Below, in pieces: positions 19,412 to 29,963 of a stretch of 64,000 nt of DNA (position 1 is its first letter; each line of letters begins with the position of its first letter). The DNA comes from an uncultured delta proteobacterium (GTDB taxonomy: Bacteria > Desulfobacterota > Syntrophia > Syntrophales > Smithellaceae): positions 416,001-480,000 of the forward strand of contig CAVWEH010000002.1 in assembly GCA_963753975.1 (NCBI GenBank), read 5' to 3'. Made by a program: the position numbers and the translations under genes. Under the pieces are notes generated by a model, which made no database searches, was not told where the DNA came from, and was given only the letters and a program-made list of their open reading frames with translations.

Positions 19412-19930
19412 ATGAAAAGGAATATTTGCCTGCTCGGAGGAATTATTTTGCTGCTTTTTGTCTGGAGCACTAATTCCTGGGCTGCATACAAAATCGGTAT
19501 TATCAACATGAGGGAAATAATACAAAGTTCGGCCGAAGGAAAAAAAGCGGGAGAGGACTTAAGAGAAGTGGCGGAAAAGAAGCAATCTGCAATTTCTTCG
19601 GCGGAAAAAGAACTTAAGGAAATGAAGGACGAATTGGATAAACAAGGTTCCATTCTAACGGCTAACGCGCGCGTAGATAAAGAAGCTGCTTACCAGAAGA
19701 AGCTGCGCGACTATCAATTGCTGGTTAATGACGCCAATGAAGAACTCAAAAGGCGCGATCTGGAACTTTCTCAGAAGCTGTTTCCGGAAATAGTGAAAAT
19801 CGTACGCGCTATCGCGGAAAAAGAGAATTATACTTTGGTTATAGACATAGCCAGCACGCCGGTACCTTATTATGCTAAAGAAAATGATTTTAGCAAGAAG
19901 GTTATCGAAGAGTATAATAAATCAAAATAG
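19412..19930 (+). CDS. skp: OmpH/Skp periplasmic chaperone
   Basis: Signal peptide, KIGIINM, coiled coil, IAEKENYTLVID. Confidence 0.88.
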   Translation: MKRNICLLGGIILLLFVWSTNSWAAYKIGIINMREIIQSSAEGKKAGEDLREVAEKKQSAISSAEKELKEMKDELDKQGSILTANARVDKEAAYQKKLRDYQLLVNDANEELKRRDLELSQKLFPEIVKIVRAIAEKENYTLVIDIASTPVPYYAKENDFSKKVIEEYNKSK

Positions 19931-20028
19931 CAGGGTAAATATAATTGTTTGCAGACCACTGATAAGAATACCGCTTCAAAAATAAATCAATGGGCTAAAA
20001 AAACAGAATTTAGCAAAAGAGTATCGTC

Positions 20029-20808
20029 ATGAAACCCCTTGATTTAAAGAACAGTATTTATATACATATCAAACGGAACTTGCTACGGCCCCCCGAATGG
20101 AAAAATAAATCTGCCACCTTTTTTAATCATGTGTTCTTTTGCCTTCTTCTTGCCGCCCTGTGTTTTGTTTTTGCCGGCTGTTGGGTCATTAAAGCCCCAT
20201 ACAAGGTGGTGAAGGGGACGATTAAGGGTACGTATTATACGGCGAGAGGGGCCTACGAACTGACTGCCGGCAGCACAAAGCTCGTTTACCATATCGGTAA
20301 ATTTACCTTCAAGGTGGTAAAGGCCCCCATTGACTGGGCCCTCACGAGTGACAGCATCGAGACTATAGACGGGCTTCCCCCCAAAGAAGCGATTCGCCTG
20401 GGAAGAGTGAAAAACGCGCCCTACAGGGTCAAAGGAAAGATGTACTATCCCATGTCCGTTGCGGAAGCACGCTCCTACCAGGAGACGGGTGTCGCCTCCT
20501 GGTACGGTTATGAAACGTTGCGCGGCAAGGGTGACCGAATGACTGCAAACGGTGAGGTCTTTGATCCGAGGGAGTTGACGGCCGCCCACAAGTATCTGCC
20601 TCTTCCTACCCACGTCAAGGTTACGAATCTCGAAAACAATCGCTGGGTTATCGTGAGGGTAAACGACCGCGGTCCCTTTCCCAGCGACTTCAATACCAGT
20701 TCCGGCGAGAGGATCATTGATCTAAGCGAGGGTGCGGCAAAGAATCTGGGTTTTCATGAAAAAGGCATGGCAAGAGTAAAGGTGCAAACCATTGAGCTGA
20801 AAGATTAA
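20029..20808 (+). CDS. rlpA: RlpA family lytic transglycosylase lipoprotein
   Basis: FAGC lipobox, GVASWYG, TANGE, TAAHKYLP, VRVNDRGPF. Confidence 0.9.
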   Translation: MKPLDLKNSIYIHIKRNLLRPPEWKNKSATFFNHVFFCLLLAALCFVFAGCWVIKAPYKVVKGTIKGTYYTARGAYELTAGSTKLVYHIGKFTFKVVKAPIDWALTSDSIETIDGLPPKEAIRLGRVKNAPYRVKGKMYYPMSVAEARSYQETGVASWYGYETLRGKGDRMTANGEVFDPRELTAAHKYLPLPTHVKVTNLENNRWVIVRVNDRGPFPSDFNTSSGERIIDLSEGAAKNLGFHEKGMARVKVQTIELKD

Positions 20809-20890
20809 CTGGAAGCATATTGATGCCATGAATGATAATGAGATCGACACATCCGGTATTCCGCCGCTTCCTAAAGATTTCTTCCTGCGA
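20807..20890 (+). pseudogene. Remnant resembling a BrnA-family antitoxin N-terminus
   Basis: Frame reads NWKHIDAMNDNEIDTSGIPPLPKDFF. Confidence 0.4.
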
Positions 20891-21249
20891 GTGAGTGTTC
20901 AGAATTTTTTACGGATATACTTTATTTCAAATGGTAATCCTTAGTAACTGTTATCCATAAATTTTTAATTCCGATTAACATGCCGGACTTTTAATTGTAA
21001 TAATTAAAGGCAGGACTGGAAGACAACACCTTCAGGCTACACAGCTTATGGAATAACCGTCCTCCAGCACCAGAAATTTGGCCACATTGCAGAACATAAA
21101 AGGGCAGAATCCTAACTTTAAATGTGGTACAATATACGATAGCAGATCACCTATTGGAGATGGAAGTGAATGTCAAATCTCTTGAGATGTGAAGCGTATG
21201 TCGTGCTTCCCTCTTCACGAGATATAAGGCACAAAGGGGCAGATATATA

Positions 21250-24200
21250 ATGACAAAAGAAGCCCGTTCTACAAAGAGCAATTCAAAATCTAAAACCAGC
21301 AAGCCGCAATCCCTCAAAGTATTGATAGTTGAGGATTCGGAAGACGATGCTTTACTGCTGATCCGCGAGCTGAAAAAAGGCGGCTACAATCCGGTGTATG
21401 AACGAGTGGAAACCGCTGCCGCAATGAAAAAAGCCCTCCAGGAGAAGCAGTGGGACATCATTCTTTGCGATCATAAACTGCCGAAATTCAATGCTCCTTC
21501 AGCCATTGCCGTATTAAAGGAAACAAACATCGACATTCCTCTCATCATCGTGTCGGGCGCTATCAGCGAAGAAACGGCTGCGGAAGGCATGCGTTTAGGC
21601 GCCCATGACTATATCATGAAGAATAACCTATCGCGTCTCTGCCCCGTCATAGCCAGGGAGTTACAAGAGGCAGAAACAAGCAACAAGCAAAAACAGGCAG
21701 AGGAAACAATCCTCCACAGCGAGAAACGGTTTAAAGCATTGTATCAGGAAAGTCCTATTCCAACATTCACCTGGCAAAAAAAAGGAGACAACTTCTTCCT
21801 TGTAGATTTCAACAGCGCCGCTATCCTGTTCACAAAAGGTAAAGCGGTCACCTATAGGGGAAAGAGTGCACAGGAGCTGTACCGGGAAAGACCGGAGATT
21901 ATCGATGACATGCTTCGCTGCTTTAAAGAACAATCCACCATTAGCAAGGAACTTGTTTCTCAACACTTTGTACCAAGAAGACTCCTATCCGTTTATTATT
22001 CGTACATTCCCCCGGATTTGATTATTGTCCATATGGAGGACATCACCGAGCGCAAGCGGGCAGAGGAGGCTTTACGCGAGAGCGAAGAACGTTACCGCAG
22101 AATTGTGGACAACTCGTTGATGGGCATAGGTATTTCTTGCGGAAACCAAGTCATCTTTGCCAACCCAGCTTTGTTGCGTCTGTTCGGTTACAACGATCTC
22201 GATGAATTTATCAAGATTCCCTTGCTCAATCATGTTGCGTCAGCATCACACGAATTTATTGCCGCCCGAATGGAAAAGATTGCCCAAGGGAAACCGGTAC
22301 CAGACGAGTTTGAGTACGATATCATCCGCAAAGACGGGCTAACCAGAACCTTGCTGGCAAGCAGCCAACGCTTTACGTTGGAGGGCAAGGCATACGCTCA
22401 AACTATATTCCAAGATATCACCGAGCGCAAGCGGGCAGAGGAAGCGTTAGCCAAGAGTGAAGAAAAATTCCGCAAGGCCTTTTATACCAGCCCGGACTCT
22501 GTGAACATCAACCGCCTCGAAGACGGTATGTATATCTCAATTAATCCAGGATTTAGCAAAATTATGGGGTATACGGAAGCGGACATCATCGGAAAGACCT
22601 CAGCAGAATATAATATTTGGGCCAATATCGAGGACAGGCGAAAGCTGGTAGCCGGATTAAAAAAAGGCGGAGAGGTCATTAACCTTGAAGCCGCTTTTCG
22701 AACAAAGACCGGTGAAATCCGCTATGGATTGATGTCCGCTTCCTTGATTGATCTTAATGGTGTACCCCATATTCTCAACATTACCCGGGACATTACTGAT
22801 CGCAAGCAGGCGGAAGAAGCACTGCGCTTGAGCGAAGAGAAGTATCGCCTCGTCGTAGAGAACGCGAGGGAAGCTATCATCATTACACAGGATGTGAAGA
22901 TACTCTTTGTCAATCGCGTCGCTATCGACATGATAGGATATTCCAATGACATATCAACATCCAAACCTTTTACAGACTTTATTCATCCCGATGATCGCGA
23001 TATGGTGGTCGATAATCATATAAGGAGAATAAAAGGTGAGGAAGTTCCACCTGTTTATTCTTTCAGGGTTATTAGCCAAGATGGAACTGTAATATGGGTT
23101 GAACTTAATGCGACTCTTATTCAATGGAAGGAAAGACCCGCTACCCTGAATTTTCTGAATAATATTACCGAGCGCAAAAAGGCGGAGGAGGAACTGCGGA
23201 AAAGTGAAGAAAACTTTCGCCGTTCCCTAGATGACTCCCCGTTGGGCATCCGCATAGTGACCGCGGAAGGTGAAACAATTTATGCCAACCGGGCGATTCT
23301 GGATATCTATGGCTACGATAGCGTTGAAGAACTGAAAAAAGTACCCCTTAGGCAACGTTATACGCCGGAGAGTTATGCTGATTTTCAGATAAGAAATGAA
23401 AAAAGAAGGCAGGGTAAGTTTAGTCCTTCAGAATATGCAATAAGAATCTTGAGAAAAAACGGCGAAATCCGGCATGTTCAGGTTTTCCGTAAGGAAGTCA
23501 TTTGGAACGGCGTAAAACAGTTTCAGGTTATTTACCATGATATTACCGAACAAAAGCGAATCGAGGAAGAACTGAAAAAGAGCGAGGAAAAATACTGGCT
23601 CACCTTTTCCAGCACCTCGGATGTCATTTTTACAGTGGATTCTGAATTAAAAGTTTCCAATATCACTCCCAGTGTCGAAAAAATTTTAGGCTATAAACCC
23701 GAAGAATTGCTCAACCAGCCTTTTAAAAATTTAAATCTTATGACTCCCGAATCCAGGGAAAGAGCAATTGCTAATGTGATGCGAGTATTATCGGGCGAGG
23801 ACGTTCCAATCACTGTTTATGAATTTATAACGAAAGATGGCATACGAGGAATAGGAGAGATAACCGGCTCACCCATTATTCAAGAAAATAAAATTATCGG
23901 TGTCACCTGCGTTGCCAGAGACGTCACCGAGCGCAAGCGGGCGGAGGAAGAAAGAGAAAAGCTGCAGGCGCAGCTTCTCCAGTCCCAGAAGATGGAGTCG
24001 GTAGGACGGCTGGCAGGCGGCGTTGCCCACGATTTCAACAACATTCTCACCACTATCCTTGGCCGTACGGCACTGGCGATGAAGCGCTGCAAACCAACCG
24101 GGCCTATCCATGCCCATCTCAAGGCAATTGAGAAATCCACCCTCCGTTCCGCTGACCTCATCCGGCAGTTGCTGGCCTTTGCCCGCAAGCAGACCGTGGC

Positions 24201-25113
24201 ACCCAAAGTTTTGGACTTGAACGACACCGTGGCGAATATGCTCAAAATTATCCAGCCGTTGATCGGCGAGGATATTAATTTTGCCTGGATACCAGGCGCG
24301 AACGTGTGGCCGGTCAAGATCGATCCCACCCAGATCGACCAACTTCTGGCTAATCTTTGCGTCAATGCCCGCGACGCAATCTCTGGGGTGGGCAGAATCG
24401 CCATCGAGACCGAGAACGCCGTCTTCGATGATGCCTATTGTACTGTGCATCATGGTTTTAACCCCGGAGAATATGCAACGTTGGCAGTGAGCGACGACGG
24501 TTGCGGAATGGACAAGGATGTCCTTGATCATATCTTCGAGCCGTTCTTTACTACCAAGGAGGTCGGAAGGGGCACCGGCCTAGGTCTTGCCACAGTGTAC
24601 GGTATCGCTAAGCAAAACGAGGGATTCATCAACGTATACAGTGAACCTGGAAAGGGTTCAACCTTCAAGATCTACCTGCCTCGATTTGTGGGGGAGGCCA
24701 TGGAACCAACGGTCGAAAGTACTGCGGAAACGCCCAAAGGTCGTGGGGAGACGGTGCTACTGGTGGAGGACGATGTGGAGATTCGGGACGTTAGCCAAAT
24801 AATGCTGGAACAATTGGGTTATAAGGTGCTGACTGCCAGCACGCCGGGCGAAGCGCTCCGTCAAGCTAAAGACAAAACAGCTGAAATAGAGTTGCTGATT
24901 ACCGATGTGGTTATGCCGGAGATGAATGGTCGGGACCTGGCGAAATTGCTCGGCGAGATCAGGCCAGGCCTCAAATGCCTTTTCGCATCCGGTTATACAG
25001 CCAATATTATCGCTCACCAGGGCATTCTGGACGAAGGCGTGCATTTCCTTAAGAAACCATTCTCTATAAAAGATCTGGCGATCAAAGTTCGCCAGGCGTT
25101 GGAGCAAGAATAG
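21250..25113 (+). CDS. Hybrid sensor kinase (REC - multiple PAS - HisKA - HATPase - REC)
   Basis: N- and C-terminal receiver domains, about six PAS/PAC modules, AHDFNNIL H-box, GTGLGL. Confidence 0.95.
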   Translation: MTKEARSTKSNSKSKTSKPQSLKVLIVEDSEDDALLLIRELKKGGYNPVYERVETAAAMKKALQEKQWDIILCDHKLPKFNAPSAIAVLKETNIDIPLIIVSGAISEETAAEGMRLGAHDYIMKNNLSRLCPVIARELQEAETSNKQKQAEETILHSEKRFKALYQESPIPTFTWQKKGDNFFLVDFNSAAILFTKGKAVTYRGKSAQELYRERPEIIDDMLRCFKEQSTISKELVSQHFVPRRLLSVYYSYIPPDLIIVHMEDITERKRAEEALRESEERYRRIVDNSLMGIGISCGNQVIFANPALLRLFGYNDLDEFIKIPLLNHVASASHEFIAARMEKIAQGKPVPDEFEYDIIRKDGLTRTLLASSQRFTLEGKAYAQTIFQDITERKRAEEALAKSEEKFRKAFYTSPDSVNINRLEDGMYISINPGFSKIMGYTEADIIGKTSAEYNIWANIEDRRKLVAGLKKGGEVINLEAAFRTKTGEIRYGLMSASLIDLNGVPHILNITRDITDRKQAEEALRLSEEKYRLVVENAREAIIITQDVKILFVNRVAIDMIGYSNDISTSKPFTDFIHPDDRDMVVDNHIRRIKGEEVPPVYSFRVISQDGTVIWVELNATLIQWKERPATLNFLNNITERKKAEEELRKSEENFRRSLDDSPLGIRIVTAEGETIYANRAILDIYGYDSVEELKKVPLRQRYTPESYADFQIRNEKRRQGKFSPSEYAIRILRKNGEIRHVQVFRKEVIWNGVKQFQVIYHDITEQKRIEEELKKSEEKYWLTFSSTSDVIFTVDSELKVSNITPSVEKILGYKPEELLNQPFKNLNLMTPESRERAIANVMRVLSGEDVPITVYEFITKDGIRGIGEITGSPIIQENKIIGVTCVARDVTERKRAEEEREKLQAQLLQSQKMESVGRLAGGVAHDFNNILTTILGRTALAMKRCKPTGPIHAHLKAIEKSTLRSADLIRQLLAFARKQTVAPKVLDLNDTVANMLKIIQPLIGEDINFAWIPGANVWPVKIDPTQIDQLLANLCVNARDAISGVGRIAIETENAVFDDAYCTVHHGFNPGEYATLAVSDDGCGMDKDVLDHIFEPFFTTKEVGRGTGLGLATVYGIAKQNEGFINVYSEPGKGSTFKIYLPRFVGEAMEPTVESTAETPKGRGETVLLVEDDVEIRDVSQIMLEQLGYKVLTASTPGEALRQAKDKTAEIELLITDVVMPEMNGRDLAKLLGEIRPGLKCLFASGYTANIIAHQGILDEGVHFLKKPFSIKDLAIKVRQALEQE

Positions 25114-25384
25114 GTGCACGGTATCGCCGAACAATACAAAGAGATCATCGAGGAGCTGTATAAAAGCGGAGAGTAGCCCGTTCTTTAAATGATCCGTGAT
25201 ATAACAATCGGGGCTGTATGTTACTTCCTGAAATGTTGTTTTCTAATTTTACCTGCCATAAAGCATTTCAAACGTAAATCATTGAAATATTTATTCACTA
25301 TACCTGTTTCTTTGTCGGTGAAATCAACAACCGAACAGTACTTGATTGGACAATATCTGCAAAATCGAATATAGATCACTGGAT

Positions 25385-26741
25385 ATGGGCAAAAAGATTC
25401 TTCTCATCAACCCCTGGATTCACGACTTCGCGGCCTATGATTTCTGGCTGAAACCTCTGGGGCTTCTATATTTAGGCGGCCTTTTGCGTCAAAACGGCCA
25501 CCAGGTTCATTTTATCGACTGCCTCGACCCTTACCACCCGGCGATGCTGGCGAGAGGCCTCAAACAACCGCAGCGTCATCTCTACGGCCGGGGCAAATTC
25601 TTCCGACAGGTTATTCCCAAACCCGCGAGCTTAAAAATGATTCCGAAAAATTATTGCCGTTATGGAATTCTGCCGGAAATTTTTCGCGAGGAGCTAAGAA
25701 GCCGTCAAAATATGGACATCGTTTTAATCACTTCGATGATGACATACTGGTATCCCGGAGTTTTTGAGGCAATTAAAATAATCAAAGAAGCATTGCCTTC
25801 CGTTCCCATTGTGCTGGGCGGTAAGTACGCAACCTTGTGCCCGGAACACGCCGCAAAATATTCCGGTGCTGATTTTGTGATTTCCGGCGCGGGAGAAGAA
25901 CCAAATTCTTGCAATTGCTGCAAGGATTTATTTGACGAAGAACCATCTTTTATACCCGATGAGTGAAAACCTTGATTCTCTTCCCTACCCCGCTTTCGAC
26001 TTAATCCGCAAAATCGACCAACTACCCATTACCACATCGCGCGGCTGTCCGTATCGCTGCAGTTACTGCTCCTCGCCTATACTCAACAAAAAATTTATTC
26101 GGCGCGATCCGATTAAAGTCGCCGATGAAATCGAACACTGGCAGAAAAAATCCGGCGTGAAGAATTTCAGTTTTTACGATGACGCTCTCCTCGTTGAACC
26201 GGATAAAATGATTATCCCGCTGTTAAATGAACTCCATAAACGAAATTTGTCCTGCCAGTTCCATTGCCCGAACGGATTACATCTGAGGGAAATCAATCCG
26301 GAGTTAAGCGAATTACTTTTTCAGTCCGGTTTTGAGACAATTCGCTTCGGTTTTGAAACAGCCGATTTCCGGAGACAAAAGCAAACAGGCGGCAAAGTCA
26401 AAAATGAAGAATTAGTAAATGGCGTGCGCTTCTTAAAAAAAGCAGGCTATAAAACCGATGATATAGGAATTTATCTTCTCTGTGGCCTGCCGAATCAGAG
26501 CGCGGCAGAAGTAAGGGAAAGCATCGATTTTGTTCAAAAATGCGGCGCCAAGCCGCTTCTTGCCGAATATTCCCCCATTCCCGGCACAAAGATATGGGCA
26601 GAAGCTGTAACCGCTTCCCCCTTTGACATTCAGAACGAACCGCTATATCATAACAATTCAATGCTTGTCTGCCGGAGCGATGATTTTAGCTTTGCCGCAT
26701 ATACGGAGCTTAAAGCGGCGCTAAGAAAGAAGAGTAATTAA
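25385..26741 (+). CDS. B12-binding radical SAM protein, split by one frameshift near 25910-25960
   Basis: Cobalamin-binding-like N-terminus; TSRGCPYRCSYC CxxxCxxC motif in the second ORF. Confidence 0.88.
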
Positions 26742-26758
26742 GAAGGCTGTGTTTAATA

Positions 26759-26998
26759 ATGACTATTCTTATCTGGATTAAAAATATTGCTATCCTGTTT
26801 ATTTCTTTGTTTTTTCTGATTAGCGGCATTAATACATTGCTCGGCGCGTATAAGCTGAACGATCCGCAGGTGTTTTTGATGTATTTTTTTTCCGCTTCCC
26901 TTTTAATTTTAGTTTGTATTGTCGGGATCATCTACTTTTTCGTTCGCTTACTTCCCCAAAAACAACAAAATGGAATTGATAAAGATGAAGCAAAATAA
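26759..26998 (+). CDS. Small 2-TM membrane protein
   Basis: Two hydrophobic segments; in operon context. Confidence 0.6.
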   Translation: MTILIWIKNIAILFISLFFLISGINTLLGAYKLNDPQVFLMYFFSASLLILVCIVGIIYFFVRLLPQKQQNGIDKDEAK

Positions 26999-28481
26999 TA
27001 TTGCCCGCTTTGTTTTTGTGTTCGCGGCTGTTTTTTTACTTTTCGGCCATTCTTACGGATTTGATCTGGAAAAAAGGGTTGTTAAAGCCAAGCTGAAAAA
27101 CGGCTTAACCGTGCTGATGCTGGAGCGGCATTTAAGCCCCACTGTCTCTCTCTACATCCGGCATCGCGTCGGTTCCGTAGACGAAACTGCCGGCGAAAGC
27201 GGCGCCGCCCATCTACTGGAGCATATGATGTTCAAGGGTACCACAACTATCGGCGCTAAAAATTACCCTGTCGAAAAAAAGATTCTGGATGAGATCGAAA
27301 AAGCAGGCACTGCCCTCGACAAAGAAAAACTAAAAGGCCAAAAGGCCGATCCGAAAATTATTCAAGAACTATCCCAAAAGCTAAAGAAACTGCAGGAGCA
27401 ATGCAAAAAATATTTCATTCCCAACGAAATCGATCGTCTCTACACGAAAACGGCGGATTGGATATGAACGCCTCCACCGGCCAGGATGTTACGACTTATC
27501 AGGTCAGCCTGCCCGCCAATAAAATCGAGCTCTGGGCAAGAATTGAAGCGGATCGCTTGCTCCATCCCGTCTTTCGCGATTTCTTACACAGAACGCGATG
27601 TGGTAATGGAGGAAAGAAGGCAGCGCGTCGAAGCCGACCCCGAAGGTAAATTGTACGAACATTTTTTAAGCACTGCTTATGAAATACATCCTTACGGAAG
27701 GCCGATACTGGGCTGGACTCGAGATATAATGCATTTAAGCCCGGCAGCGGTAAAGAAAATCTTCGCCGAATATAGAGCGCCGGATAGTATTGTGATTGCC
27801 GTGGTCGGCGATATCAATCCGCGGGATACATTAAAAATAATTGAAAAATATTTCGGCCGGATTCCGGCGAACTCTGAAAAGAAAAATGTGGTCCCGGCGG
27901 AGCCTCCGCAAACCGCAGAAAGAAAAGTGGAAGTTATCTTCGATGCCAGTCCCATGATGATTATCGGCTATCACAAACCCACGGCTCCCGCCTACGACGA
28001 CTACGTTTTCGACGTTCTGGAAACAATCCTGACCACAGGCAGAACGAGCAGATTATATAATTTACTGGTAACGAAAATGGGTATCGCGGAAAGCGTGGAC
28101 GCTTCCAACGGCGTACCGGCGACAAGGTATCCCAACCTTTTTACGATTTTTGCCAAGCCCCGTTACCCCCATACCAATACGGAACTCGAAGAAGTTATTT
28201 TTCGCGAAATAGAAAAAATTAAAACTCAGCCGGTAACGGATACGGAGCTGGCCCAAGCGAAAAATCAGCTCAGAATGGATTATATTAAAAATCTTGATTC
28301 CAACAGCGAACTGGCCTCAATGTTATCTTATTATGAATTATTGCTGGGCGATTACAGATATATATCCAATTATTTAAATATTATTGATAAGGTTTCGGCG
28401 GAAGACATCCAAGGGGCGGCTAAACTTTATTTAAATAAAGAAAATTGTACGATCGCCGAATTAATTAAGAAAAAGGATTAA
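26985..28481 (+). CDS. M16 family zinc peptidase, catalytic subunit; two frameshifts near 27450 and 27580
   Basis: AHLLEHMMFKG (HxxEH), NASTGQDVTTY, ERDVVMEERR, HPYGRPILG spread over three frames. Confidence 0.88.
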
Positions 28482-28493
28482 ACGCGGACTTTT

Positions 28494-29942
28494 ATGACCA
28501 AAGAAAAAATCATTAATCTATCGACAGAATTCGTCCTCCTAGCTGTCTTTTTCTTCCTGCTGGCGGGAGGCGTTGCGCCCGCAGCAGTAGCGGCCGATAG
28601 CCTATTCGCCAATCCTGACAAAATTAAATACCCGCCGCTGAAATTTAATTTGCCGCAGGTGCAGCGGGTTCTCTTGAATAACGGCATTGTTCTGTATATT
28701 CTGGAAGACCATGAACTGCCGCTGGTTAATATCAACGCCGTCATTAGAACCGGAACAATGTATGACCCGGAAGGCAAGGAAGGCGTTGCCGAATTGACCG
28801 CCTATATGATGAGAACCGGAGGCACGGAAAAGTTAGATAGCGCGGAAATTGACTCTCGCCTTGATTTTATGGCCGCGTCGGCAGCAATAACAATGTCCCT
28901 GGATTCAGCTCAGGTCGGTTTTTCCGTTTTAAACAAAGACCTGGACCGGGGGCTCGATCTTTTGGCACAAATAATTATTCAGCCCGCTTTTGAACAAAAA
29001 AAGTTCGAGCTGGCGGTGCAATTAAAGAATGAAGATCTGCGCAGATTACAGGATGAGCCGCAAAGACTGGCTTTCCGGGAATTCAACCGCCTTATTTACC
29101 GCGGCGATCCGCGCGGCCGCTTTGCCTCCATCAAATCGCTGGCTAATATCGATCGCGATGATTTGATCAAATTTCACCGTCGTTTTTTTGAGCCCAATAA
29201 TATTATGTTTGCCGTAACCGGAGACATAACCAGGCAGCAGGCGATAGATAAATTAAGCCATTATTTTGGAAGCTGGAAGGCCGAAAACTCTCCTATCCCG
29301 ACGGCTCCGCCGCCGCAGCATTCCAATGCCGGGCTTTATTACATCAACAAAGAAATTCCTCAATCCACTATCATCACCGGCCAATTCGCCCCCGGCAAAA
29401 CCGACCATGATCTTTATACATTTACTGTTCTCGATTTTATAACCGGGAGCGGCGGTTTCCCCTCGCGAATTTTCAACGCCGTGCGTAATAACGAAGGCCT
29501 GGCCTACAGCGCCGGCAGTTTTTACCGGGCCAGACCAACGTACGGAGTTTTCGGCACTTATGCGTTGACGAAAACATCCACAACGCTCAAAACCCTCGCA
29601 TTGATTAATTCCGTGCTGGACAATATTAAATCCGACACCATAACCGGAAAAGAACTGGCCTGGGCCCAAACATCGATCAATAACGGCTTTATTTTTTCTT
29701 TTACCAGCGCCGAAAAGATCGCAGACCAGCAAATGAACATCGAATACGAAAAATTACCGGCGGATTATCTCGTGAATTACCGCGAAAGAATAGAAAAGGT
29801 AACCCTGAAAGATGTCAACAGAGTCGCCTCAAAATATCTGGATAAAACGAAAACAGCGGTTTTAATCCTGGGTGACAGCAAAAATTTCGACGAACCTTTA
29901 ACCAAATTCGGTCGGCCTATTTTAATAACCCCCGAGGAATAG
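28494..29942 (+). CDS. M16 family peptidase, non-catalytic subunit
   Basis: EDHELPLV, VRNNEGLAYS; no HxxEH; paired with the upstream M16 gene. Confidence 0.88.
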   Translation: MTKEKIINLSTEFVLLAVFFFLLAGGVAPAAVAADSLFANPDKIKYPPLKFNLPQVQRVLLNNGIVLYILEDHELPLVNINAVIRTGTMYDPEGKEGVAELTAYMMRTGGTEKLDSAEIDSRLDFMAASAAITMSLDSAQVGFSVLNKDLDRGLDLLAQIIIQPAFEQKKFELAVQLKNEDLRRLQDEPQRLAFREFNRLIYRGDPRGRFASIKSLANIDRDDLIKFHRRFFEPNNIMFAVTGDITRQQAIDKLSHYFGSWKAENSPIPTAPPPQHSNAGLYYINKEIPQSTIITGQFAPGKTDHDLYTFTVLDFITGSGGFPSRIFNAVRNNEGLAYSAGSFYRARPTYGVFGTYALTKTSTTLKTLALINSVLDNIKSDTITGKELAWAQTSINNGFIFSFTSAEKIADQQMNIEYEKLPADYLVNYRERIEKVTLKDVNRVASKYLDKTKTAVLILGDSKNFDEPLTKFGRPILITPEE

Positions 29943-29963
29943 TTTTCCTTAAAAGATCCCCCT

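Noticed and set aside
25111..25176. 20 in-frame codons after the TAG stop of the hybrid kinase (possible read-through)
   Set aside because: The receiver domain is already complete at the stop and there is no recoding evidence; more likely a leftover 3' gene fragment
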